Assembly: GCF_009914755.1 (NCBI RefSeq)
Contig: NC_060929.1
Direction: 5' to 3' (one strand)
Source of the DNA: the human T2T-CHM13v2.0 reference genome, Homo sapiens
DNA length: 64,000 bases
In this document: in pieces, positions 26,930 through 44,292 of the stretch
Numbering within the stretch: the stretch's first letter is position 1
Layout of the letters: every line of letters begins with the position of its first letter
Made by a program: the position numbers and the translations under genes
The notes under the pieces: model-generated
What the model saw: only the letters and a program-made list of their open reading frames with translations
What the model was told of the DNA's origin: nothing
Databases searched by the model: none

Positions 26930-28342
26930 CTAAAATACCTCTTTATATATTTGCATTTGCTGCTTCTAGTAGAAAGCCTTACAGTGTGAATAGTATATAA
27001 TAGAGAATATATATTATGCATAAAAGACATTTGGCTCAAAAATTACAGCTAGAACAATTCATAAAATAAAAAAGTTTCATTTTCATGAATTTAATTTTAG
27101 TTAAATTATTTTTCTTAATTGGACTGTTAGTAAAGGAATTAAATGTGTTAACCTAGGGAAAAACAAATGAAAGCACAATGCATTCTTTTGAATAGTTCAA
27201 AATTCCCTGTGAATAAGCTTTAAGATAAGGGGTCTAAACTTCGTAAGTAACTTCCATAAAGTACATTTAGTTTTTTAAAAATTGATATTTTGAAGCAGAC
27301 ATAAAATTCTAATTTTTGATGAATATTAGCTAGTTAGATGTAATTAACTGAATCAAAGATACCTTCAATTTATCCATTTCCCTGACTTGATATAATTTCT
27401 ATATCAAGGCATATTTTTCCTTTTTATCTATAGTTCTACAAATGGAATGATTAGTTGCATTCATATAAGGCCAATGCTATTTGCTTATAACTTTTAAAAA
27501 TTGCCATAAATGTTTAATTTAACCAAAGTAGCATGCTTAACTTTCTTGTAATTAAGTACAGAAGAAAACCGTGTGTGTACATCTGGTTTATGTTGTCTAC
27601 TTTAACGTTATATACATTTATACATCAAGAATCTTCCATTTGGGGGTCAAACACCATAATACGTTCATTCCTAGTCTAATAGCAAATTATATTTTAAATA
27701 ATATCTACCTGGATTTTTTCATTTTATGTTGTCTTTATTTTTATGCTGAAATTTTATTTTTTTTAACTGGTGGTAATGGCTTTATGGCTTTATTGGCAGC
27801 AGAATAGTACAGATACAACAAATTAATCTTGACGTCATGAGTAAGGAAAAATAAGCAGAAACCCATGTTGCACGATTTGACCACTTGCTAACCTTACTCC
27901 CATGCTCAAGTGAGTTTCTTCACGACATATGCAGATACTTAACCAAATACAAACAGGTACTTGTTAGAAATTTTTTTGTTTTCTCTTAACTTTCTTATCT
28001 TGCAGAATTTCAGATGTAGACGCAACTAGACTGGCTGGTATAACAAACCTCTGTGTACCTATCACATAGCCCCACTGATTTTCTCTTACCTACAATTACC
28101 GCATAAAGATGTTTCAGTCAGTCAGTGACAGCTGTCCCATAGCAGTATCATGGAGCTAAAAAACTCCAGCTCCATTCATCACCTAGTGATGCTGTAGCCA
28201 TCATGATGTTGTAGCACAAGGCAGTGCTCACATTTTTGTGATGATGCTGGTATAAACAAATCTGTGCTGCCAGTCATATAAAGGCCTGGCACATATGATT
28301 ATGTACAGTATATAATACTTAATAATAAATGACTATTATTAG

Positions 28343-28665
<323 letters not shown>

Positions 28666-29023
28666 TTTTATTATGCTATACTTTTATTGTTGTTTTAGAG
28701 TCTACTCTTACTTATATATTTATAAAAAGTTAACTGTAAAACAGCCTCAGGCAGGAACTTCAGGAGGTATTCCAGAAGAAGGTATTGTCATCATAGGAGA
28801 CACAGCTCCCTGCAGGTTATTGTCCCCTTCTAGTCACCTCCACAATGTGGAGGTGGAAGATGGTGTTGATGATCCTGACCTTGTGAAGGCCTAGACTGAT
28901 GAGTGTTTATGTTTCAGTTTTTAACAAAAAAGTTTAAAAGGTAAAAAAAATTAAATATTTAAAAAATAGAAATAATAGAATCAAGATATAAAGAAAGAAA
29001 ATATTTTTCTACAGCTGTACAAT

Positions 29024-29210
29024 TTTTTTTAATTTTTAAATTTTTGTGGGTACATAGTAAGTGTATATATTTATGGGCTACATGAGATGTTTTGATACAG
29101 GCACACAATGTGAAATAAGCACATCACGAAGAATGGAGTATCCATTTCCTCAAGCATTTATCTATTAAGTTGCAAACAATTGAACTGCATGCTTTAAGTT
29201 ATTTTAAAAT
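29024..29210 (-). mobile_element. L1MA1/2-like 3' end nested in Tigger3b
   Basis: 'tttttgtgggtacatagtaagtgtatatattt...tttgatacaggc'; flanked by tgtacaat at 29016-29023 and 29211-29218. Confidence 0.8.
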
Positions 29211-29549
29211 TGTACAATGTGTTTTTGTTTTAAGCCAGGTGTTATTACAGAGGAGTCAAGAAGGTTAAAATAAATTTTAAAGTTTATAAAGTAAAAAAGT
29301 TACAGTAAACCTAAGGTTAATTTATTATTGACGAAAGGAAATTTTTTTTTGTAAATGTAGTGAAGCCTGAGTGTACAGTATTTACAAAGCCTACAGTAGT
29401 GTACGGTAATGTCCTAGGCCTTCACATTCACTCACCACTCACTCTCTGAGTTACCCAGAGGAACTTCCAGTCCTGCAAGCTCCATTTATGTTAAGGGTCC
29501 TGTAGAGGTGAAACATTTTTCATCTTTTATACCATATTTTTACTCTACC

Positions 29550-29570
29550 TTTTTTTTTTCTTTTCTTTTC

Positions 29571-29601
<31 letters not shown>

Positions 29602-29806
29602 CTTCTGAGACAGGGTCTCACCCTGTTGCCTAGGCTGGAGTGCAATGGCAGGATCTCGTCTCACTGCAGCCTTGACCTCTTAGGGTGAAGCAATCCTCTC
29701 ACCTCAGCCTCCCCAGTAGCTGGGACTGCAGGCACGTATCACTATGCCTGGCTAATTTTTTTTTATTTTTTTGTAGAGAGGAGGTCTCACTGTATTGCCC
29801 AGGCTG
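29550..29806 (-). mobile_element. 5'-truncated AluJ nested in Tigger3b
   Basis: 'gagacagggtctcac', 'cactgcagccttgacc' and 'gaagcaatcctc'; long T/CTTTT tail. Confidence 0.85.
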
Positions 29807-30108
29807 TTTTCTATATTTAATTGTGTTTAGATACACAAATAGTTACTATTGTGTTCCAACTGCCTATAGTATTCCGTACAGGAACATGCTGTATAGGTTT
29901 GTAGCTTAGGAGCAATAGGTTCTACCATTTAGCCTAGGTGTGTAGTAGGCTGTACCATCTAGGTTTGTATAAGTACAGTCTGTGATGTTCACACAATGAG
30001 GAAATCGCCTAAAGATGCATTTCTCAGAACGTGTCCCTTTTCCTAAAATGGAGTCTCATAATATGTGGTCTTTTGTGTCTCATCTCTTTCAATTAGCATA
30101 ATGTTTTA

Positions 30109-30351
30109 GTTTTTTTAATTAAAACATTTTTGTGGGTACATAGTAGGTGTATATATTCATGGGACATGTGACATGTTTTGATACAGGCATGCAATGCATA
30201 ATAAGCACATCATGGTGAATGGGGCATCCATCCCCTAAAGCATTTATCCTTTGAGTTACAAACAATCCAATTACATTCTTTAAGTTATTTAAAACATAAA
30301 ATAAAGTTATTATTGACTATAGTCACCCTATTGTGCTATCAAATAGTAGGT
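30109..30351 (-). mobile_element. L1MA2-like 3' end
   Basis: 'tttgtgggtacatagtaggtgtatat...gactatagtcaccctattgtgctatcaaatagtagg'. Confidence 0.8.
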
Positions 30352-30353
30352 AT

Positions 30354-33532
<3,179 letters not shown>

Positions 33533-34572
33533 TATCATATTAAAGAAAGTGTCTTGATGATAAGGTGTCAGAAATCTATGATTCCATAGCTACCTGTTTT
33601 AATAATAATAGAGATTAAGAAATGTTTTATTTCAAATTTGTAGATCTTGGGTACTATGACAACTGTAAAACTTTTATCAGAATAAATTATAATGAAAATA
33701 TGACTTTCTCTAGATTAGCTATGCCATCCATTTTATTACGTGAAGCAAAAATAAAGATACTACCAATTCATGCATATTAGTTTCCATTCTAAAATTATTT
33801 TAAATATCATATATAAAGTTACCGTACTGTGTCTCATAAAGTACATTTTTAAAGGACTGTTTAGATTTTACTAATGTAAACCTGTTTTGTTTGTCATCTT
33901 ATTCTTTGCTTGCTTTCTTCTTTTAATTTAGCATGGATTTATTGTGTCACACAGTGTACATAACATGATAATATTTGCTTTGTACAATCAAAAAGGAGCT
34001 GAGATATCTAATGTTAAATTGTTGAAATTTAAAGGACAATGTGTCTAAATTTATATAAAGCCTTCAAAAACTGTAATCATCCCTAACTTCAGACCTACGG
34101 CTGCATTGAAAAGGACCATCTGTAGGGCAATACTTTTTATTTGTGAGTTAATTTACCTTCCAGACTAAATAGTTGCACACATTTTAAAAGCTGATTTAAC
34201 AATTAGTATATAATATAAAATCTTCACTGTCGCCATTGTTTTAAAAACAATTCTAGACCATGAAATATATAAAAATTATTTTATTTACATGAACACCTCA
34301 TAGAACTATTGTTAGCCAAATGTGTACCTGTGTGTATGTTTCTCAGCAGTAACCTAAAATATCTTTGATGTTTGAGAGAATAACTTACTCTGTAATTATT
34401 TAAGCACTTATAATTTTATCCTACCTTGTAACACTCAACATGACATAACTATTAATGCAAGAATAATGTGGCATGTATTGCTATTTCATGATCTTGTAAA
34501 TTTGTTTACTGATTATGTTTTCTCAATATATTTTTTCTTTCTTTACTATTCTTTCCTTTCTATTCTGTTGTT

Positions 34573-34638
34573 GTTGACTCATTCCAAGAATATGTATCAA
34601 GAGAAAGAGACCTGGATTCTAATTGCCCTTCTACACTA
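34573..34638 (+). repeat. 66-bp inverted repeat, arm 1 (arm 2 at 38514-38579)
   Basis: 64/66 identical to the reverse complement of 38514-38579. Confidence 0.95.
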
Positions 34639-35029
34639 GAAGTAGTTTTTTGTTACTAGCAGTTTCTGGGTGATGTTAATGTTGCTAGCAGTTTTTTCAC
34701 TCCATAATTTTGCCTTTTAAAATTTATTTTATTGTAGTTACAAATTATTTAATCAACACGTGTACCTCATTTCAGCAGAAATTTTTATCTATATTGGATA
34801 AATTTCTCTCACAAAGGCAATTTGGCTAAGTCATAAGGAGATATACACAGATACTATAATAAGGTATTTGTTTTTTAATTTGGATTGAAATCAAAGAGAT
34901 AATTTTATTCAATCCTTCCTGGTGCATCTATAGAGCCACTAATATCTCAGAGATAAAATGTTACCAGACAACAATTTAGCTAAGCCAAAGTGTCTTAAAA
35001 AAAACCATAATTCTATACATTGTAAAATG

Positions 35030-36640
35030 TATTTTATTTGTATAAATTTAAGGTCTCCAGTTCCATCCACATTGCTGCAGAAGATGTGATTTCATTCTAC
35101 TATGGCTGTGTGTGTGTGTGTGTGTGTGTGTTTGTATCACCTTTCTTTATCCAATCATCCATTGATGAACATTAGGTTGATTCTATTTCTTTGCTATTGT
35201 GAATAGCCCTGAAATAAATTTACAGGTGCAAGTGTCTTTTTGATATCATGATTTATTTTCCTTTGGGTAGATACCCAGGAGTGGAATTGCTGGATGGGAT
35301 GGTAGTTCTATTTTTAGTTTTTTTTTTTTGAAAAATCTCCATACTGTGTTCCATAGAGCTTGTAGTAATTTACATTCCTACCAACAGCATACAAGGATTC
35401 TGTTTTCCCTGCATCCTCATCAACATCTGTTTGTTTTATTTATTTTTTTATTTTTATTTTTTACTTTTTATTAAATAGCCATTCTCACTGGTGCAAGATA
35501 ATATCTCGTGGTTTAAAATTGCATTTCTCTGATGATTAATGATGTTGAGCATCTTTTCATATGCTTGTTGGCCATTTCTTCTTCTTGTATGCCTTATTTT
35601 GAAAAAATGTCTGTTCATATTCTTTTCCTATTCTTTAATGGGAATGTTTGTGGATGAAGAGAGCAAAATCACCTGATGACCATTCAACAGGCCCTGGATA
35701 CCAAAACTCCCTATCTGAGGAATTTAGAAGGAAACAAAGACCACCTGTTGATCATTAAACAGGCCATCCAGAGACAAAAGTCCTTATCTGGGGAAATTAG
35801 AAGTAATTAGACTTCTCTCTTATCTAAAGCAGGCATCTGGTTCCAGATTCCTTTCCCCACCTAAAAATCTATAAGTAACTAGATTTTCTCTGCATCTCTG
35901 GAATGCCATGCCAAAACTCACTGTGCAACCCTTGCTGACATTAAGGCACCAAAATTACTACAAATGTAATCATTTATTATGACCTACATGGCTAAATTAC
36001 CCTTAAGAGCCCTCTTCAAGGTCCATAAATACCCTGAAGGAAAAATCTACCACGATGCACTCAGTCCTCTCGCTGAGGTGCCCGGCTGCACTCTTCTGCA
36101 GCTTTCTTTCTTTCTAATAAAACTCTCCTTTTTCAAACCTATACTGTTGTCAGTAAATTATTTTTACCAACTCTCAAGTTGACCACTTCTCGAAGCTGGG
36201 GCTCTGACACCTCACCCAGCCGTGGGATTTTGTTCTTGGTGTTGAGTTGTTTGAGTTCCTTGTAGACACTGGAAATTAGTCCTTTGTTGGATGCATAGTT
36301 TGCTAAATATTTTCTCCCAGTCTGCCGAATATCTATTCATTATGTTGAGTATTTCTTTTGTTGTACGGAAATGTTTTAATTTAATTTAATCCCATTTGTC
36401 TATTTTTCCTTTTGCTGTTTGTGCTTTTGAGGTCATAGTCATGAATTCTTAACCTAGACCAATGTCCAGAAGAATTTTCTCTAGGTTTTCTTGCAGTAAT
36501 TCTATGTTTTTAGGTCTTACATTTAAGTCTTATGCCCTCTTGAGTTGATTTTTATAGATGGTAGATCTACAAAAGAGAACCTGTCTCTACCAGAGACAGG
36601 GGTTTTGTTTCATTTTTCTGCATATGGCAATCCATTTTTT
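35030..36640 (-). mobile_element. L1MA/L1PB-type 3' fragment interrupted by an LTR
   Basis: 'tccagttccatccacattgctgca', 'gggtagatacccagga.tggaattgctgga' and 'ctagaccaatgtccagaaga'; (TG)n at about 35107-35130. Confidence 0.8.
35655..36221 (+). mobile_element. ERV1-class solo LTR (MER4-group-like; family not certain)
   Basis: TG start; an internal ~65-70-bp tandem duplication near the 5' end; TATA-like 'cataaata' at about 36024; AATAAA at about 36116; flanks gtgga/gtggg; the host L1 resumes afterwards. Confidence 0.8.
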
Positions 36641-38513
36641 TCTTTTTAGAATACACCAGGATTCTGTCAAGATTTTCTGTTAATACCTGGTCTAGTAACA
36701 AAATAGCCCAATGTTATGACCTTAAGTATAGACTACGTTACAAAGCAAACATCTGCCATCATCCCGTGAGCAGTTTTATTCAGTCCTGAACAACTCAGCA
36801 TACTATGTTGAAAATTTCTTCTCTTTTTAAACTGAAGGTTTCACAATTCTGATTCATTTCATTCCTGATTAGTTTCAATATTCCTTTTCACAGTTTAACC
36901 TATAGAAAGACCTATTTTATATTATTAGCTTTCTTATCACTGCTATCCCTGACCTTCTCAGCACCCACCATGCCATTAGAACAGTAAAATGTAAAGATAC
37001 TGTGACAATGGAAGATAGAAAAGCAGAAACTAAAATGCCAAAATTAGGGGGTGATTACAACTCCAAGAGATAAATTTGTCAGCATGCATGCACTTGCTTT
37101 TTTATTTCAATATTATAATTCTTGCTTCATCCCATAATCTTTGAAAAGTACTTTTCAAAATAAAGAAAAAATTATTTGGGTTAATTTGTCAATTTTTTTT
37201 CTAGAATGACTTCAAAGCAGTGCTTTGAAGAAGTTGTGGTCCTAGGTGTTTGTATCTTATTTCTGAACCAAAAAATATCTACTTTATATTTTTGGTGTAG
37301 AAATAGATTTAAATTTCTTAATTAGTCTGGTCTCAATTTTCACTAACTCCATAATATTTAAATATGAATATATCTTAACTTCATAAAAAAGGCAGGCAGA
37401 GATAATGTGTTTACAATAATAAGAATAACATAGAGACTAATTAATTCTATTTTCCAAATCTTGAATTATCTCGATACTATTTCAGGCTTTCATTATTTTA
37501 ATTTTATGTGGAACCTTGGATTATAATATAAATGAGGCATGAATCATGACATCTGCTAAAGTGAATATTTCTGCAGAACAAGAAAAATATGAAATAATAC
37601 ATTATAAGTATTTTGATTAAACTATGAAAAATGTTTCTGATAGAAGGGTATTTAAAAAAATGTTAATTTTAAAAAATGTTAAATAACTACTACCTTATCT
37701 TTGCTATATTTATATATATGGTTGACAAGACTGTAGGTTAAGAAAAAATCCCAATTTATTTTTCATAAAACCTTAATTTTAAAATGTGAAGTTTAGCAGA
37801 AATAATTATTCTTAAATAAGAAAATAGATTTGCGATTATATTAGAGTCAGTATTTTGTGTGTGTTTTTTCTTTGTTTGCTTGTTCTTTTTTACTTTAAAT
37901 TCTACTTTTAAAATGTGACATCTTGCTTAACATTTCCTCCGATGTTATTAAAGAAATGCCTACCCTGGAAATTTCTGGGGAAAAACTTGATCATCCAACA
38001 TGTATGGAAAGCGGTATGTCCTCTTTCCCCTCTGAGAAAGTTACAGTATGTGTCAGGATAATAAAAATTCAAGGAATTTCTACAAAGAGAAAGACAGCTT
38101 TTTAATATGGATTTGCCCAGAATTTACTATAATAAATTTGATTACAAACCACTTTTCCTCTGCCACATAATAGCTAATTAACATCACACAGAATTTATCA
38201 TACAAAATACATTATGAAATATGGATGTAGATTACACTTTTGTATATATAAAATCACTTTTGATAGTATGTTATAGTATCAACTACTTGAAAATAAATGT
38301 CTCCCACAGCATAAAAATGTGTTTTCTACATTTTTGGTGACTAACTAAGACCATTTTAATTATGATTAATTATACCAAACACCTAATATAGCACTTTTTC
38401 TCCCTTTTAAAGATGTTGTTCTCCCCAAAAACTTTGTGAATTATGTAGCTTAAATATTAGCAATCCTGTCATATAAATGCAAAAATTCAATGGACCAAAA
38501 TAGTATAACTTTG

Positions 38514-38579
38514 TAGTGTAGAAGGGCAATTGGAATCCAGGTCTCTTTCTCTTGATACATATTCTTGGAACGAGTCAAC
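38514..38579 (-). repeat. 66-bp inverted repeat, arm 2 (arm 1 at 34573-34638)
   Basis: 64/66 identical to the reverse complement of 34573-34638. Confidence 0.95.
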
Positions 38580-39189
38580 TGTTTCATGTTTTAGGCCTAT
38601 TTTAAATGAAAGCGAAATAAAAACTGTTAATAAAACTATAATATAAAATATTCGTTTTCATGTGTTTGTTTGTCCTAGAAGCAAAGCAGGGCACTAATTT
38701 GTTAATGATAGCTCTATGTGTTTCTTAAAAATATGTTAATTTATAAATGTCCTAGAATTCAGAAACTCGCACTGCTAGGAGACTACCCAAAGAATTCATA
38801 ACCAAAGGAATCCCAGTGCTGAATTTCACAAATGATCGGAAAGTATAATAGTCACAAATCAGACATTTCAAGATGCTTAATTCCAGAAAACCAAGTTTAA
38901 TGTTACCTTTAAAAAAGAGCCAAGCAGATTCATAAAGAAAATAAAGAGGGAGTGGGTAATTCCAAAATACTGAAAGCATTAGAAACAGTATATTTCAGAT
39001 CTAATCTAGATATTTGAGTTATTCCTCAAATTGCATCAATTAACCTGGGAATATTGATTTTCTTTTAAAAAATTCTTATCTAGACATCTGCAGAAAATTT
39101 TACAAAACTAGATCAGTATGATCATATTATACAATTTTGTCACATTTCTGCCTTCTTTTTAATTATATTCCTCCAGAACAAAACAAATA

Positions 39190-41460
39190 ATCATCCTTTA
39201 TCTCACTACCATTTGTAATCTCATGTTAATACTCTTCATAATTTTTCTGTATGCTTATTTAATGAGAAACACACACACAATGTTTTTGTCAATTTACAAA
39301 AAAAGGGATCATATATATATACATATTATATATATAATCTGAGTTTTTTCTCTTTCAACAATATCTAGTGAAAATCATTGCAAATTAGCTAGCATCTCTT
39401 CAATTTATTATTTTTAATGACAGCATTCTATTCTATAGTGTAAATGTTCTGTGTACTTTGTAAATCTTTTTAATTGTGTTTTCGATGTGTGTGTATTCCA
39501 CTTTTACCTCTACAAATAACAAGCAACACTATCATACGTATCGTTGCCAATTGTCCTTGAGTTCCAAAACTTTTTATTTTTCAGGGATAGAGTCCCAGGA
39601 GAAAGATTGACAGGTCAAGTATTATTTATGTGTTTAATTGCAATAGATGTTAACAAATTGGCTTTCACCTCTAACAATTCACACATCTTACAGCAATTTA
39701 TGAGAATACCCAGTTTCATCACATCTGTGCCAGTAAAACTCTTTGATTTCTCCTAAACCTTTTATAAATCAATCCTTAATGTTTCTTTAATTTGTGTTTC
39801 TCTGATTGCTGTTGTATTTGAATAGCTTTTAATATGTTTGTAGACTATTTGGATTTACCCTTTAGTAAAATCCCTCCTTATTCATTTGTTCACAGTTTAT
39901 TGGATGCTTTTGTCTTTTCTTTCCAATTTATAAGAGCTATTTGTTTATTACAGAAATTCTCCATATGTTACACTTTTCTCCCTTACATCTATTACCTAAG
40001 TACTGGATATGTTAATCTTATTCTTTACCCTACATAAGTTCTATATACAACTTGTGTGTGTGTTTGTATATATATGTGTATGTATATATGTATATACACA
40101 TACATGTTTGTATATGTTGTATATGTATACATACATACACATACATGCACACATACACTTACATATACATACATGTATACACATATATACATATATACAC
40201 ATGTATGCATACATGTATACATGTAGGCATACATATACACATATATACATGCATGTATGCATGCATATACACATATATACATGCATGCATGCATGCATAC
40301 ATATATACCTGTGTGCATGCATGCATACATATATACATGCATGCATGCATACATATATACCTGTGTGCATGCATGCATACATATATACATATGTATGCAT
40401 GCATACATATGTACATATGTATGCATGCATACATATACATGCATGTATACATATACATGCATGTATACATACATATATGCACGTATACACACATATATAC
40501 ATGCATGTGTATGTATACATACATATATACATATATATGTATTTTTATATATATAATATATATATCCACCTTTTAGTTGTATGTGCATTTTATAGCATCA
40601 GTGCTTACAGACTTGGTTATAAACATCTAAACATCTCCTTTACCCTTACATTTTAAAGGAAAATATTAAATTTTCTTGCATTAGTTTACTACCAGTTACA
40701 TTCTCACATGTAATGGGATCTATTCCTATATGCTTTCTCTATTTCTAGAAGCTAAGGCAGTATCAAATTAAATAATTATAGTAGCTTTATAGTACTATCT
40801 GAAAAGGCAAAGACATCATAGTTGTGCTTTCTCTTTATTGCACTGGAAATTATTAGAAAAGTTTTCTTAACATGATCTGGAAAAACACATATCTAATTAA
40901 AAATATTGCCATACAAATATGAATTCAATTGAACTTACAGAAAAATATTTGGAGTTTAGTCATTTGTATGTCTTTCCTTCTAAAAGCATGACCTCTCTTT
41001 CCATTTGTTATATATATTTTATTCTTTTTAAAAAGCTTTTTATTATACATTCTTAATTTCTATTAAATTTATTTCTATACACCTTATAATTTTAGAAATT
41101 ACTGTGAATAACATTATTTCCATTTACATTTGTGGTTTTTTTCTAGAATGTAGAAAAGATGTTTAGTTTTTTTATTTGCATCAAATTAATTTGCATTATT
41201 ATCTCATTAATTTAGTAAACTTTCAACTAGCAACTTTTGGATTTTTTATATATATAATCATTTATCAGATAAATAAATTTATAATTCTTCCTTTATATTT
41301 TGCTAGGTATTTCATTTTTCTTATTATATTTGCTAAAACTGAAGGACAATATCAAATGCTAACGCTAAGAAAGGGTAACCCTATTTCATTTCCTATTTTT
41401 AATTAAGGTAATTTAGAGTTTTACTCTTTGAGTAATTATTTGCTGTGGTTTTCTTTATTT
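39190..41460 (-). mobile_element. Very old L1ME-type fragments
   Basis: 'attttttaatgacagcattctattctatagtgtaaat', 'taatttgtgtttctctgattgct' and 'tatttcatttttcttattatatttgcta'. Boundaries approximate. Confidence 0.5.
40053..40564. repeat. ~510-bp alternating purine/pyrimidine simple repeat (TA/CA/TG, CATG-rich)
   Basis: Directly visible; includes a repeated higher-order unit 'atatatacctgtgtgcatgcatgcatacatatatacat'. Confidence 0.95.
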
Positions 41461-41509
41461 GGCTTTGATAAAGAGAGTTCTACTACCTTGAAGTATTTAT
41501 CTATAGTTA

Positions 41510-42010
41510 CTATCACCCTCTCATTCAAATTTAATCAAATCAAATTTTTGCCAGAAACATTCTACCCAAATTGGTTTTGTGAATCAGTAATTTCCCATTG
41601 CTAAATCTAATAGTCACTCATCATTCTTCTTCTGTACCTACCAAAAATATTAGATGGTTTCACATTAACGTCCTCTTTGCTATACTTTCTTCACTTGGTT
41701 TCTAGAAGAACATCCTTTCTTTCTTTCTTTTCTACTTTCTTCTCCTCAGTCTTCTGTCCTCATTCCTCTTATTCTCCCCAGACTTTTGACGTTGCTATGA
41801 CTAAGGGCTCAATCTTCAATTCTATTCTTACTCCCTTGGTGATCATATTCAAATTCATAAGTCTAAACACTATCTCTATGCAAAGGACTCCCAATTTTTT
41901 ATTTATAGTCCAGGCCTTCCTCCTAAGCCCTAAGCTCTAGAAGTATGCATCTAATTGTCTACTTGTATTATTATTTAAATAATAGATACCTTAAGCTCAA
42001 CACATTCTAT
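41510..42010 (+). mobile_element. L2 fragment
   Basis: 'attgctaaatctaatagtca', 'actttcttcacttggtttct' and 'actcccttggtgatc'. Confidence 0.55.
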
Positions 42011-44186
42011 AGCTAGTAAACCATGCTTTTCTTCAAAGTTTATGCACCTATCCACTCTAATACTCTACTCTTCTGTACTACACATACACAGCCTTATATG
42101 TAAAATTAACTACATGGTTATAAAATTGGTCAGATGCTTTAATAAGAAGTACATATATTGATGGAATATCTACTGTACTAAAATCATTTCTAAACTAGGA
42201 ATAATAGCATTTCTTTATAAATTTAGGTTACAGTCCTCTAAAGCAAAGAAATTTATTTCTTGGTAGGCAATAAAATGTACTCAAATAAAAATATTTGTCA
42301 ATGCATCCTTGTAAACAGTTATCATCACAAAATAATTTTTAAATCAGCATTTTAGTATGCAATCGGAATTCAAAAAACCACAGTGAATACATTTGTGTGT
42401 GTTCAGTAAGAGTCATGAAAGTTTTACATTATTTTAAAATATATAATGTTTACAAGAAAGAGTGTAATTGTATTAAACAGTCTTACTAAAAGAACAGAAT
42501 AGATGTACTCTGAGCATTTAAAGCCTAAGGCCTTCAAAAGCAGAGCCAGCATGTCTGACTGGAATAATAGCAAACAGCTTCTTTTCTCTCCAGCTTGCTC
42601 AATGTCCCCCATTATGCCAAAGTCATGGTTTCATTCATGTTGACTGCCCTCTCCCAGATCCTACATATTATTCTGTAGCCTACTTTGTTACTGAAGAAAC
42701 CTTCTTTGGCTCTATTACCTGAAATCCCTAAATCTAATTTTGTACTTTATTAGATTTATGAGCCATAATTTGTTTTCTATTAAATCAATTTTATAACATA
42801 TTAGTCTCATCCCCTGAAACAAATTGTAACCTTCATGATGAGAAATACATATTCTGTTGTTGAACGTTTCCTATAGTACCTCATGTTTTGTAGGATTCAT
42901 AACTGGCTAACACAGATCGCACATAATGGACTAATTTTAAAAGCAGAATAGTTATAAAAATAAGAAGAAAAACAATGTACACATATTTAAATCCCATTTC
43001 GACATGAAAACATAAATTTAATAATCCAATTGACAGTCTAGGGGACCTGTGAGAGACCCTCCAGCTAGTGGCATCTTTTTCCAAGTATAAGTATAGGATG
43101 TATTTAAGACAAATTTTGACAGGTTTCCTCAATGATGTTAAAGTGGATGCAAATATTAAATAAATTCTCTACTTCCATGTGTGTCATGAAGTTCATTTAA
43201 AGTTATGTTTTTAGAAAAGCTATTCTACCTTCCATGGAAAAGGTGACATAATTCATTTGAGAGAGGCAAAAATGTACATCATACATTTCTTTTGTTTATG
43301 GAAATGAGTGGTATTTAAAAAAGTTTGTAATTAGAAGTCTTCTATCAATCTTGCTCAAACTCATATTATTTATTGATTATAGGATTATTTATATGTACAA
43401 AAGTCAGTCTTTGAGGAATAAGACAGAGAGTAGAGAAATTATATGATTTTTTACAGAGGTTAAGCAGGTTTAAACTAGAAGTGGTGAAACTTTGGTCTCA
43501 AAAGTTGGAGTCTATAATAGAGGAAACTGACCAAAACAATTCCTGTAGGATTTAAGCTGAAAAAAATTAAGCAACACATTTCTGAGTTATAAATTGTGGA
43601 ATAAACAATTGCTCCTCCAAATCTTCAAAAAGTCAAGAACTAAAGCCTTATATGTACAGTGGAGGAAAAGAAATGCCAGGTTATGTAGAAATAAAGAGAA
43701 ATGACTAAATTCCCCATCTGGGTGCACACAGAAAAAAAGAGGAAAAGAGAAGGAGAAAAGTGAGAGAGATCAAAATTTCAGGAAGCACATTAACTGTAGA
43801 CAGAAATGACTCAGAGAATCTAAGTCCCTTGAATTCATAGATACCTTGGGAAGGGCTTCTTTCCATGAAAGAATCAACAGATAGATGCCTGTAAGCAATT
43901 TCCTATAAATCTTAAAGGAATAGTTGACCTCAGCTGATAGTATCTAGGTTACAAAAAATACTCATGAGAATTTATGGAGGCAAGAAATTGGGTAGCTGAT
44001 ACTTAAAAGTGTGAGTCCACTATAAACTTCTGATCTAGAAAGAAATGTAACATGTACACAGAAACCGTCATGGCGGCAATAAAAATAGGCATCACAAAAT
44101 CCATGAGAGGAAGAACTTTTACTTACCTTCTAATAATATTTTCACTCAGGTTATGCTGGATTAAAAATTAGTAAATACATAGCATG

Positions 44187-44292
44187 TGATATAGTTTGGT
44201 TGTGCCCCCACCCAAATCTCATCTTGAATTCCCATATGTTGTGGGAGGGACCTGGTATGTCTTTATCAGCATCATGAAAACGGACTAACACA
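44187..44292 (+). mobile_element. THE1A/B solo LTR with a large internal deletion
   Basis: Both THE1 termini (tgatatagtttgg...cccaaatctcatcttgaatt / atgtctttatcagcatcatgaaaacggactaacaca) lie within 106 bp. Perfect 5-bp TSD gcatg (44182-44186 / 44293-44297). Confidence 0.9.

Noticed and set aside
37210-37230. 21-bp palindrome cttcaaagca-g-tgctttgaag
   Set aside because: Isolated, with no associated element or reference to show how it arose; may be chance.
40009-40656. Six overlapping 99-215 aa ORFs rich in H/I/Y/M/C/V
   Set aside because: Artefact of RY alternation, which cannot contain stop codons; low-complexity translation.
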